Source: Candidatus Omnitrophota bacterium (GTDB lineage Bacteria; Omnitrophota; Gorgyraeia; Tantalellales; Tantalellaceae). Taken from it: 64,000 nucleotides of DNA. A program made the translations under genes and the position numbers. Within the stretch, counting starts at the first letter, position 1. Each line of letters begins with the position of its first letter. Of the stretch, positions 37,273 through 46,900 are shown piece by piece. A model generated the notes under the pieces. It made no database searches, was not told the DNA's origin, and saw only the letters and a list, made by a program, of their open reading frames with translations. The DNA lies in assembly GCA_028715965.1 (NCBI GenBank), contig JAQUQS010000003.1, positions 78,494 to 142,493 of the forward strand. The letters run 5' to 3'.

Positions 37273-37776
37273 TTACTTTACGGAAACTATCTTTACCTCG
37301 AACAAGAGGTCTTTACCCGCCAACGGATGGTTAAAATCTATGACCACGACATCATCCCTGACCTCCGATATCCTTACGGGCACCACCCCGCCATCCTGCT
37401 GCTCGGCCTGGAGCATTATACCGGCCGCGGGTTCCATGCCCTCGGGAAGCCTCGAACGCGGTATTTCCCGGAAAGCCTCGCCCCTGATCTCCCCATACGC
37501 TTCCGCCGAAGGGACCGTAATCTTTCTCTCTTCGCCCGTCCTCATACCTTCCATCCTTTTGGTAAGCCCCGGGATAAGCCCGCTTTCCCCCTGAACATAC
37601 TCAAGCGGCTCCTTGCCCCTGGAAGTATCGACCACCTCTCCATCAACAGTCAAGGTATAATCGAACGTTACCGTTCTCCCTTTTTCCACCGTCATATCTC
37701 CCCCTTCCGCGTTGGCGCATCCATAGATGCTGCTTATAGTGATAACTACCGATAGCAGGCGTATCAAGCGCCCCAT
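37273..37776 (-). CDS. FKBP-type peptidyl-prolyl cis-trans isomerase, secreted or lipoprotein
   Basis: VTFDYTLTVDGEVVDTS...LIPGLTKRMEGMRTGEERKITVP FKBP core; N-terminal signal peptide with a Cys (SSIYGCANA). Confidence 0.8.
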   Translation of the reverse strand: MGRLIRLLSVVITISSIYGCANAEGGDMTVEKGRTVTFDYTLTVDGEVVDTSRGKEPLEYVQGESGLIPGLTKRMEGMRTGEERKITVPSAEAYGEIRGEAFREIPRSRLPEGMEPAAGIMLQAEQQDGGVVPVRISEVRDDVVVIDFNHPLAGKDLLFEVKIVSVK

Positions 37777-37950
37777 ACATATCCTCCACTCATCGACAAA
37801 AAAAAAGACCGCAAGTCCAGATGTCTCGAACCTGCGGTCCTGTGTATCCAAGCTTTCCTGCCGGCGCCCGCTAACACCGCGCCACGTCCTTTATTCCATG
37901 CTACACCCGGCCGTAACGATTGTCAAACGTTTTGCGGCCGCGTACCGGTA

Positions 37951-38520
37951 TCAGAACAGGAACACCGCGGCGGCAAGCACCGTAGTAAAACTCCCGTCGC
38001 TGTTTATTACAGCCGTTTGCGTTATACTGTTCGCCCGGACTATCTTATCGCTCAGCTGGTAGATCTTCTTATTCTCGTCCCACGATTTCTCCTCGTCGAA
38101 CTCAAGCCCCAGGGTGGAAGCAAGCATGGCCGTCGCGAGATCCTCCGCGTAATCACCAGCCGTCTTTTCGTTCTGTCCATACGAATGATGTTCACTCAGG
38201 TATCCATAAGCGTTGGCGTCGGCGGGGACCGCGCACCCTACACTCGCGGCTACGAGCCTGTGTGGCTCGTTCGAAGAACATCTGGCCATGACCGTGAACG
38301 TTATCATCCCTGCCTGAAGCTCTTTTATCCCTTCGTTCCTGGAAACCACCTGGCACGACGGTGGAAGTATGCTGGATACCGTTACGAGGTTACATCTTTC
38401 TATCCCCGCGTCACGGAGCGCCAGCTCAAAACTCCTGAGTTCCGCCTTATGCGTACCTACACCTTTGGTAAAGAAAACCCTTTTTGGAACAAACTCATCT
38501 TTTCTGGTTAAGATGGACAT
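37951..38520 (-). CDS. pdaD: Pyruvoyl-dependent arginine decarboxylase (PdaD/AaxB family)
   Basis: [42 protein letters not shown], including the Ser-Ser self-cleavage site context. Confidence 0.75.
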   Translation of the reverse strand: MSILTRKDEFVPKRVFFTKGVGTHKAELRSFELALRDAGIERCNLVTVSSILPPSCQVVSRNEGIKELQAGMITFTVMARCSSNEPHRLVAASVGCAVPADANAYGYLSEHHSYGQNEKTAGDYAEDLATAMLASTLGLEFDEEKSWDENKKIYQLSDKIVRANSITQTAVINSDGSFTTVLAAAVFLF

Positions 38521-38898
38521 TTTCCTCCTTAAGATTTAATGATACGCTCATCGTCAGCTCACATTGTGCATATTTTACAACAAAAGACGCGTAGGGGAAG
38601 TATTTTTATCGTTTTTTTTCATTTCGCGATCTTATCGTGGGTCCGCGCGCCTCCCGTTCCGCTCATACTACCGTCAAGAACGACCATATTCGCCGATCAG
38701 GCTTCCGGCAAGAACAGCCACACACCCGGGATGAAGAGATGGCATGTCCGGCGCCTTTCCTCCTCAAGATAAATGTTCCCTCTATAGGCTATCCCTGCTA
38801 TAATGATTAATGTTATCACGGCCACTATCCATGTCCACACGGACTTTTCCGCAACATGCTTGTGATAATGACCTTAAAACCCACACACAGAAAAGGCG

Positions 38899-39900
38899 GT
38901 GTTCGATATGAGGACCGGAGAACTTGCTGAACTTATCGGAGGGGTCGTTGACGGGGATGGCCAGATCGACATAACGGGCTTGGGCGGCATCGATAAGGCA
39001 CGCGAAGGTGACCTTACTTTCGCCATGAACGAGACTCTTCTTTCTAAGGCCGAAAAGAGCGGGGCATCATGCGTCCTGACCGGGAAGGACATGCGCAGGT
39101 CTTCTAAAACCCTTATTCGCGTAAGCAATCCAAAACTTTCGTTCCTTATCATCTACAACACGTTCAACACTCCTAAGGACAGAGAATCGTTCATACACCC
39201 TCTCGCGAATGTAGCCAAATCGGCCGAGCTTGGCAAGAACGTCTGGATCGATTCCGGAGCGTCAGTGGGAGAAAAGGTCAAGATAGGCGATCATGTGATA
39301 ATCGAAAGTAACGCCAGTATAAAAAAGAATTGTGAAATAGGTTCGTTCTGCCACATCCACCCGAATGTCTCTATTTATGAGAATTCCGTACTAGGCAAGA
39401 ACGTAACACTGCATAGTGGCGCCACTATAGGCGCGGACGGGTTCGGCTATGTAAAAGATAACGGCAAGATATACAAATTCCCGCAACTTGGGGCCGTTAT
39501 CATAGAGGATAATGTCGAGATAGGCGCGGGCACGACCGTGGACAGGGGCTCACTGGGTGACACCGTGATAGGCGCGAACTCTAAGATCGACAACCTCTGC
39601 CAGATAGCCCACAACGTCAGGATCGGCAGGAACTTCCTCATGGCCGCCCAATGCGGTATATCCGGCAGCACCGTTATAGGGGACGATGTGACCATCGGCG
39701 GACAGGTCGGGCTGTCCGACAACATAGTCATAGGGAACAATGTTACTGTCGGGGCCAAAAGCGCCGTTATAAAGGATGTCCCCGACGATTCAATAGTATG
39801 GGGCATCCCGGCAAGGCCGATAAGCCAGACAAAACGCCAAATGGCAGTCCTGTCGTGGCTATCCAAGAATTTCAAGCTTCTGAAGAAAATGTCGGACTGA
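38899..39900 (+). CDS. lpxD: UDP-3-O-(3-hydroxyacyl)glucosamine N-acyltransferase
   Basis: LpxD N-terminal domain followed by a long left-handed beta-helix of hexapeptide repeats ([29 protein letters not shown]). Confidence 0.85.
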   Translation: MFDMRTGELAELIGGVVDGDGQIDITGLGGIDKAREGDLTFAMNETLLSKAEKSGASCVLTGKDMRRSSKTLIRVSNPKLSFLIIYNTFNTPKDRESFIHPLANVAKSAELGKNVWIDSGASVGEKVKIGDHVIIESNASIKKNCEIGSFCHIHPNVSIYENSVLGKNVTLHSGATIGADGFGYVKDNGKIYKFPQLGAVIIEDNVEIGAGTTVDRGSLGDTVIGANSKIDNLCQIAHNVRIGRNFLMAAQCGISGSTVIGDDVTIGGQVGLSDNIVIGNNVTVGAKSAVIKDVPDDSIVWGIPARPISQTKRQMAVLSWLSKNFKLLKKMSD

Positions 39901-39909
39901 CCCTGTTCC

Positions 39910-40371
39910 TCAAAGAAAAGGATTATCCCCGAGTAACCTGGTGAGCTTCCATTCCCCTTTTTCTTTCTTAAAAACAAAAGTAGAAACGCCCTCGGTCATT
40001 ACTGAATTCCCGGCATCCTTGTCCTGAACGGTCTTCTGCCACTTGAACCCTAAGGCGATCGTATCCCCTTCACGAGAAACTTTGTCCATGAAATGATCCA
40101 TTCCAAGCACTATGGAATCATAATATGACTCCGCGACGCTATTGGCCAATTGCATACGGTCCGGGGCATAATCATTGGAAACGACAGCAAGGAACCCGGA
40201 AATGGTAAAATTTTCGTAGGCATCGATGACTCTGGACACAAGCTCCTCTCCGAGCTCTCTGTCGACGGCGCTTATGTCCTTCCCCTCAACGGGCGCGCCC
40301 ATGCTCATGGCCGTAACGGAGAACATGATCAGCGTAACGATAGACATGGCAAGTACTTTTGTCCTGGTCAT
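39910..40371 (-). CDS. Hypothetical secreted protein (possibly NTF2/SnoaL-like fold)
   Basis: Signal peptide MTRTKVLAMSIVTLIMFSVTAMSMGA; no motif. Confidence 0.35.
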   Translation of the reverse strand: MTRTKVLAMSIVTLIMFSVTAMSMGAPVEGKDISAVDRELGEELVSRVIDAYENFTISGFLAVVSNDYAPDRMQLANSVAESYYDSIVLGMDHFMDKVSREGDTIALGFKWQKTVQDKDAGNSVMTEGVSTFVFKKEKGEWKLTRLLGDNPFL

Positions 40372-40381
40372 AAAGCGCCTC

Positions 40382-42127
40382 CTAAAAGTTGGTGGCAATC
40401 TTGATTATATATCTGTCTTCGGTATAACTCTGCGTGCCGTCCTCGTGGCGGTACATGTTATCCTCGAACCTGAACGTTAATCTTGTAGCGCGTTTTTTGT
40501 CTATAGTAAAGACGAGTTCAGCATAATTCCTTGTGTTCGTAAGATTACTGGCCGGGCCCGACCCGTCGAACTCGTGAACATTATTGGACGCCCGGAACAC
40601 ACATCTATCGCTTATATCGTAGTTCACGCTAAAAGCGTTATTGAAGGTGACATCCGGGTTGCTATCGGTCTTGACCGACCTGAAATCGGTGGAAATATCA
40701 TCGGACACATATAACCGTCTTCCGAAAAGCTTGAACTCTACGCCAAAGTTGACAAGTATGCGGTTGAACAGTTCCGTCCCCGAACCGTTATTGGCTATAT
40801 CCAGGTATTCTCTGTATTCATATCCGAACCCATAGTTCATCTTGCCGCCATCGAGCGTATCGTTCACCGCGAAACCAAAAGTGTTCGTCTGGGATTCCAA
40901 TGTATTATACCTGTCATCCGAGTCCCGGTTAAGCAGGTTGACATAGGGTCTTATTGAGAATTCGGGCTTCCCCTTCAACGGCCTTATATGCGCCGACATA
41001 TATTTCTCGTCGTTCGTGGTCCTTTTCGCCTGTTTGCTCCCGGGAAGATGGTCCCAGTAATAGTTCTGGACCAGTGAAATGCTCAGGCCCGGCAATATCT
41101 TCCAATCAAAACTTACCTGGTGTTGCTCTTTATCCGGCATGGCCGATCCCGCGTCCGTATAGAATTTAGGGGTTACGTAATAGTACAGGTATTTTACGCG
41201 TGCGTCCTTAATCTTGAGTTCGGGTTGCAGCCTGAACGCGGAACCGTACTGCGTATCACATAAAGGATCCCTTTCGTTGTACCTGTACGCACTCTGCGCG
41301 ACCTCATAGGCCACCTTGAAGTCTTTTACCGGGGACATCTCCCCGTCGATACTCCCGACGGTATTGTTCATATCGATCGCGGACGTATCCTGGTCTATGC
41401 TGCCCTTATCGTCCTGGGAGGTGACCGCCTGTACTCCTAGGCTGAAAAAAGGGAAACCGTAATTATTGCGGAACACATACTCGGCCATGCCGCCTACAAC
41501 ATTCCTCTGGTACATGTTACTGGAAGGATCCGCCTGGCTCTTTCTGCCGGCCACGAACCTGTATGTTTGTCCTTTTTCATGTGCTATCTTTACATTGAGG
41601 CCCTCCAGGCTCTGTCCCAGGACGAATTGGCTGAAATCGCCATAGAAGTCGCCGAACTGCACCATGTTGTCCTTATTAAATACCCGCAGGTCCAGCTGTT
41701 TAAGCCTTACGTCTTTCCGGCTTTCTATGCGGTGGTCGTCCGTTTTTCTGAAGAATGTCTGCCCTTCGAAACTATAATCATCCCATAGCTTTTCCTGGAT
41801 GTTCAGGTTAAGCTCCGTCACGGAAAACCCTCCCTCTTTGAGGAAAGACTTGTCTTTGTTCCCATAAACGTTATTGGCGTTAAACTCCTGGGATATGGTC
41901 CCGCTTATGCGCCCCGACCTGTCCGGCCCGTATTCTCCGTATGATCCAAAGTCAAAAAGGTCCTTGACCCGATCCTGTACGGTGAATGACGCGTTCTTGG
42001 CGTCACCGTTCCCTCCCTGGTTCCCTCCAAGATAATAAACCTCCGCGGCATATGACCACGGTACCGCTAACATCAAAGATAACCCAAAGGAAACCGCGCT
42101 TATCTTGCTTATACCCTTCAACTTCAC
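40382..42127 (-). CDS. Outer-membrane beta-barrel protein (porin/alginate-export-like)
   Basis: Signal peptide; alternating amphipathic beta strands throughout; C-terminal ...IIKIATNF with terminal Phe. Confidence 0.5.
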   Translation of the reverse strand: MKLKGISKISAVSFGLSLMLAVPWSYAAEVYYLGGNQGGNGDAKNASFTVQDRVKDLFDFGSYGEYGPDRSGRISGTISQEFNANNVYGNKDKSFLKEGGFSVTELNLNIQEKLWDDYSFEGQTFFRKTDDHRIESRKDVRLKQLDLRVFNKDNMVQFGDFYGDFSQFVLGQSLEGLNVKIAHEKGQTYRFVAGRKSQADPSSNMYQRNVVGGMAEYVFRNNYGFPFFSLGVQAVTSQDDKGSIDQDTSAIDMNNTVGSIDGEMSPVKDFKVAYEVAQSAYRYNERDPLCDTQYGSAFRLQPELKIKDARVKYLYYYVTPKFYTDAGSAMPDKEQHQVSFDWKILPGLSISLVQNYYWDHLPGSKQAKRTTNDEKYMSAHIRPLKGKPEFSIRPYVNLLNRDSDDRYNTLESQTNTFGFAVNDTLDGGKMNYGFGYEYREYLDIANNGSGTELFNRILVNFGVEFKLFGRRLYVSDDISTDFRSVKTDSNPDVTFNNAFSVNYDISDRCVFRASNNVHEFDGSGPASNLTNTRNYAELVFTIDKKRATRLTFRFEDNMYRHEDGTQSYTEDRYIIKIATNF

Positions 42128-42191
42128 ACCTCTTTCTTATGTTAAATACCCGCCCCTGCCTGAATATGCCTGTATCGCGGATACATATCCT

Positions 42192-45100
42192 TTAATTTGT
42201 GGCTATGTTCCTGCTGCCATCCGTCTGGATGGCATAATCAAAAGTAACGGTCGAGCTCACGCCCACGTTGTCCGTATAATTCGTTATACGCACCTTGCCG
42301 TAATATCCCTCCGACGTACGTATAAGGTACACTTTCCCCGGCAAGGGATTGACCGTTCCGGCATCTACCACATCCGGGGCCGTCGTAAGCTCTCCGTAGG
42401 TATATGTGGCGGTAACGTCCTGTATCCTTGCCCCGTTCTGTGACCAGAACTGGTCCGCGTATTCGAGATCTATGTCGGCGTTGGGGTTCCCACCCTGGCC
42501 GGGCGCTACGTCGGGATTACCGGCGGTGAAGTCAAAACCCCTCGCCCCGGCCGGCCCGCCGGGAACACAAGTGACAGTACCCTGCCGCGTGCTTATAGGC
42601 GCGCCTCCAGAGGATAATCCGCCGTTTTCTTCGGTATCACCCGCGCCAGGCTGCACCGGGTTGCGTGAGTTCCTGGCTTCCGTTATCTGCTCTACCACGC
42701 TCTGGCTGAGCCCGCTGGCCTCGGCTATTTCGGGCGAAAGCGTGGCGTAAATAAGGTTCCCCCGCAAGTTATACAGTTTCATTTTCCCGTCCTCGAACAC
42801 GAACACCATTACGGTATTCCCGGACGTCCTCTGCTGCTGGCCCGTTTTATATACTACTTGGGACTTGTTCCATTTCGTCTCGACCGAGAAATAATCCCTT
42901 CCTTTCTCTATGCGATTGATGAAGATGCTGAGGCGTATATCATTGAACATATCGAAATCGAACCTTAGCCCCTCCTCGAGGAAAGTCTTGTTACCGAGAA
43001 AATCTTTCGATATATACGGCGCGAAGATAGCCAGGCTTTCCCGCTCATAAGCCTCGGCAAGTTTTGTAACGGTTTCCACTATGAGCTGGGTATAATCCAT
43101 GTCCTTGTAAACAAGTGTCTGCCCCGGCGCCAGGAGGTCGAGGGTTATATCGTCTGACGAATTCATTTTAAGCCTTATGACCGGAGAATACGGCCTGTTC
43201 GCGAACGGCCTGAACCTGTACTTGAAATGTCCCTCGAGCGGGAGTTCTCTCCATGCCTCACCGTCTTCCGCCGCGAGTATCACGCGTACATCATGGAGGT
43301 TATCAATATATCCCTCAACCTCTATTTCGCCGTCCATGAGGTCGTTGTTCATAAGCGTCACCTCGCCGGAAGTCCTCGGCAGAACAACCGTATTCACCCG
43401 TACACCGCCCACATTATAGCCCAGGGACTTGTAATAATCGTCTTCTTCCTTTTTGCGTCTCTCTTCTTCCTGCCTTGCCAGCTCTTCCATCTTTTTTTTG
43501 TTCTCTTGACTCTGGGCTTCCTCCAACTTCTTTTTGGCAGTCTCCATGGCCTTCTGGCCCTGGACAGAAACAACCTTGTATATACCGTGTTTCCCCGGGG
43601 CCGGGGAAGCGTAGAAAGAAAGCCACTTGTCGAATATCGGGCTATCCTTGGCAAGTTCCTCCATTATCACATTATACTCGTATACGGCTTTATTGTACTC
43701 ACCCTCGCTGAACGCTTTTTCTATCCTGTCATTTGCGTCTTTTATTTTCGGCAGGAGTACAAGGAAATCGTTTATCGTGTCCGTCATCTTATAAGTCGTG
43801 TTCTCTATGAACCTGTTGATGGACTGGTTATCGGTCCCCGTCCAGTACATATAGCTCATCCATTCGGTACCGAATTTATCGACCTCATTCTTGATACCTT
43901 CATCCGGAAAGTTGTTGGCAAAATCGTACATGAACGCTATCCCCGGTTTTCCCGCGTATTCGGTCAGTACTTTTCTCCTCATTTTTTCGGCTAGTGCCTC
44001 CAATCTGGCTGATTTGGCGGCTTTGTCATACAGGCTGATCAATGCGTCCCTTTTCTCCCCCAAATAAGCCCCGACTTCATCGGCCGTCCTGCCTTCGGCG
44101 AACATCTTTTTTGTCTCGCCCTGCAGTCTCCAGACCATATCACCGGAACTATATTCGTCCCTCGATATCTTCATCCCCACGCCCTTACACTCGTCAATGA
44201 CCTGCTTCCTTAACCCCTGCGCCTCACGAAGCGAATTGAGCGCCCCCTGAGAATCAGTAACAAAGGACTTGGCGGCATCAAGAGCGAGTGACTTCTTCCG
44301 ATTGAACTCATTCTCAAGATTATTCACGTTCTTCTCCGCGTTCTCTATGCTCACGTTCATCATGCCGATCATCTTTGGGTTTTTGACCTCCACCGACGCG
44401 ATACGTTTCATAAGCGGTGCCGCGATACCTTCTCCATTCCCGCCGAGGCTCGCGATCTGCCCCAACAGGCTTCCTATATCGTTCCTGGCGCTTTCCCCCA
44501 GGTCGGAATACTCGCTCATGGAACGGTCTAATATGCTTATCGTGAACTCGCAATATTTCGCGATCCTGCCCAGGATCTTCGCTTCGTTCCTGAGTTTGGT
44601 CACATCCATACCCATTATCTCGCTCTCGGTATAAACGCTCACCGAGGGATAGTTCGGACTGGGGGACAGCATCCTGAGCCCGCTAGTATCACTCGTCGCC
44701 ATTTCCTCCATTCTGCGGTCTATCTCATTACACCGCTGCGAGTATGACTGTACGGTCGAGGAAAGCTGGGCCAAAAGCTGTCTTTTTATCCGTTCGGCCT
44801 CTTCAGCGCTGCTTACAATTATCGGGGCAACCGACTTAACCGGCACTTGTGCCATGTTCTGTATTTCCGACCTAAGCGCTTTTTCTTTCTCCTCGGCCTC
44901 TTCCTGCGAGGCCTTATTGATACGCTCCTGGAGTTCTTTTATGCGATCGCTGAGCCTCTGGACCTCGGCATTAAGTTCGGGGAAGACATTCTCGACCTCG
45001 TTGTTGGCTTGGTCGAGCTTCTTGCGCAACGCTATCATTTTATCCTGCGCCTTCTTTATCTCCTCGAGCACCATTTGGAATTTACGGTATATGGCCCCCG

Positions 45101-45641
45101 TATCCCCCAGCTTGTCCCCCTGTTTCAGGGCCTCGTCCTTTACCTCATCCAGATCCATTCCAAGCGTTTCGTTTATTTTTTCAAGTTCCGGCAGCGTTCT
45201 CACAGCTTCATCGCTCAGACCTTTTATGGCCACGTCATAAGGCGTGCTGTATTCTTTCTGCAAACTGTCAGAGTGCAGCTCCAACCGGCAGGAAAGCAGT
45301 ATCATCATGACGGCTTTACGATAAAAACCCATCACGAGGTTTATCTTGCCGTATGTCTCGATACCCAGCGCTATGGTCGACTTGACAAGATTCTTCTGCA
45401 GGATATCCCTCATCTTCGCGTCAAGCTGTCTTAATTCCACCGCGGCCTTTGATATCTCCTCCACTGTCTTGGGATAATCTTCCAGGAACTTTTTAGCGCG
45501 CGCGTGATCTTCGCCTATTACGTCAAGATGCCTCTGGGCCTCTCTTATCTCATCCTTGAGGAAATCCATATTCTCGGCATGAACGTTCCAGACAAGAATA
45601 CTGGAGATCATAATGGATAAAGTAACCACTTTTTTGAACAT
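42192..45641 (-). CDS. Giant secreted coiled-coil protein (about 1150 aa), function unknown
   Basis: Signal peptide MFKKVVTLSIMISSILVWNVHA; long heptad-rich alpha-helical regions with Glu/Lys-rich stretch (EEERRKKEEDDYYK); Gly-rich beta-rich C-terminal domain. Confidence 0.55.
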   Translation of the reverse strand: MFKKVVTLSIMISSILVWNVHAENMDFLKDEIREAQRHLDVIGEDHARAKKFLEDYPKTVEEISKAAVELRQLDAKMRDILQKNLVKSTIALGIETYGKINLVMGFYRKAVMMILLSCRLELHSDSLQKEYSTPYDVAIKGLSDEAVRTLPELEKINETLGMDLDEVKDEALKQGDKLGDTGAIYRKFQMVLEEIKKAQDKMIALRKKLDQANNEVENVFPELNAEVQRLSDRIKELQERINKASQEEAEEKEKALRSEIQNMAQVPVKSVAPIIVSSAEEAERIKRQLLAQLSSTVQSYSQRCNEIDRRMEEMATSDTSGLRMLSPSPNYPSVSVYTESEIMGMDVTKLRNEAKILGRIAKYCEFTISILDRSMSEYSDLGESARNDIGSLLGQIASLGGNGEGIAAPLMKRIASVEVKNPKMIGMMNVSIENAEKNVNNLENEFNRKKSLALDAAKSFVTDSQGALNSLREAQGLRKQVIDECKGVGMKISRDEYSSGDMVWRLQGETKKMFAEGRTADEVGAYLGEKRDALISLYDKAAKSARLEALAEKMRRKVLTEYAGKPGIAFMYDFANNFPDEGIKNEVDKFGTEWMSYMYWTGTDNQSINRFIENTTYKMTDTINDFLVLLPKIKDANDRIEKAFSEGEYNKAVYEYNVIMEELAKDSPIFDKWLSFYASPAPGKHGIYKVVSVQGQKAMETAKKKLEEAQSQENKKKMEELARQEEERRKKEEDDYYKSLGYNVGGVRVNTVVLPRTSGEVTLMNNDLMDGEIEVEGYIDNLHDVRVILAAEDGEAWRELPLEGHFKYRFRPFANRPYSPVIRLKMNSSDDITLDLLAPGQTLVYKDMDYTQLIVETVTKLAEAYERESLAIFAPYISKDFLGNKTFLEEGLRFDFDMFNDIRLSIFINRIEKGRDYFSVETKWNKSQVVYKTGQQQRTSGNTVMVFVFEDGKMKLYNLRGNLIYATLSPEIAEASGLSQSVVEQITEARNSRNPVQPGAGDTEENGGLSSGGAPISTRQGTVTCVPGGPAGARGFDFTAGNPDVAPGQGGNPNADIDLEYADQFWSQNGARIQDVTATYTYGELTTAPDVVDAGTVNPLPGKVYLIRTSEGYYGKVRITNYTDNVGVSSTVTFDYAIQTDGSRNIATN

Positions 45642-45866
45642 GTGATTCTCCTTCATGTAAGGTATGTTCTTGATACGTTGTATTCCCTGATCCACACGGT
45701 TAAATGACACCAGGATTATACAATATTGGTTTGATTTTTTGAAGCGTTTTGTTAAGAAATAATTAAGATTTAAGAATTTAGACGTTGATGGATACTTTTC
45801 GTGATACGATCAGAGCAAACCGACTACGCCCATGTTTTGCTTGTATATTTAGGGCGGGATCAACAC

Positions 45867-46235
45867 TTACCTGTGGTGGGTTCTCTTCCTGGCCTCGCCG
45901 GTCTTCACATGCGTATCCCTGTATCTTTTCTGGCAGGTATCTATCTCTTTGCTAACATCAATATCGTACTGCATGCCAAGCTCTTTGTACTTGAATTCCG
46001 CGGTACGAAAATAATCCTCGGCGTGTTCATACATCCTCTGTGCCTTCCCGGCTCGGCCGTGGTATGCCCTATCTCCGCGTTCGGAGTCCCTCAAACCCTT
46101 CTGGTAACTTTCATAAGCATCTGAAAGCCTCGGGTCCCTGCACATATCAATATCGCCGTCCGCGCGTGAGATCACCGCGCTAAATAACGAACCTATTATG
46201 CATATGGTCACGATATATCCCGGCATCTTTTTCAT
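45867..46235 (-). CDS. Small hypothetical secreted protein
   Basis: Signal peptide MKKMPGYIVTICIIGSLFSAVISRA. Confidence 0.35.
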   Translation of the reverse strand: MKKMPGYIVTICIIGSLFSAVISRADGDIDMCRDPRLSDAYESYQKGLRDSERGDRAYHGRAGKAQRMYEHAEDYFRTAEFKYKELGMQYDIDVSKEIDTCQKRYRDTHVKTGEARKRTHHR

Positions 46236-46335
46236 GACACACCTCCCCCGCACATGTAATCGCAAGAACGGGAACAGCCGCTCACGCCGGCCGTTCCCGA
46301 CCGTTACTCCACGATACGACAAAGAACTACGCTCG

Positions 46336-46683
46336 CTATTTCTTATTAAGCTCGGCCATGTAAGCGTTCATCCTGTCGGTCAAGGCCTTTATCGAAGAAC
46401 TGAGCGCGCTTATCTCGTTCTTGATCGCGCCGGCGTCCTTGCCCATCATCTCAGCTATAGGTATAGCCTTGAGCTTAGCCTGTAACTTTTCCAGTTCAGG
46501 CTTTTTTGCTTCTATGGCCTTCTTATATTGGGTGACCATATCCTGGAGCTGTTTAGCGTCCATTTGTTTCGCTTCCTGTTTTACCTCGGCTATAGGTTTA
46601 TCCTCACTGACATTCGAAGCACACCCGGCCGAGATGAGACCTGCGACCAGAAAGCTGACCATGAGTAAGCGTCCTTTTATCAT
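46336..46683 (-). CDS. Small coiled-coil lipoprotein
   Basis: Lipobox LISAGCAS; helical, Lys/Glu-rich. Confidence 0.45.
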   Translation of the reverse strand: MIKGRLLMVSFLVAGLISAGCASNVSEDKPIAEVKQEAKQMDAKQLQDMVTQYKKAIEAKKPELEKLQAKLKAIPIAEMMGKDAGAIKNEISALSSSIKALTDRMNAYMAELNKK

Positions 46684-46900
46684 TCCTCCCCCTTTTCCCC
46701 TCCCTGTTCCAATTATAATCCTCTCAGTCATAAATCGGAACTGATTTATACTGATTTTTACAACAGAGTCCATTCTTCCTCGGAAGTTAAAATACCCATT
46801 GACATCGGGTTTTTTAGATGCTACACTTTCGCGAGATACCTGAAATGCCTGTTTTTGTTCCTTTTTAATATTTTATTCCGCTCTACCGTTTACCGAAACG

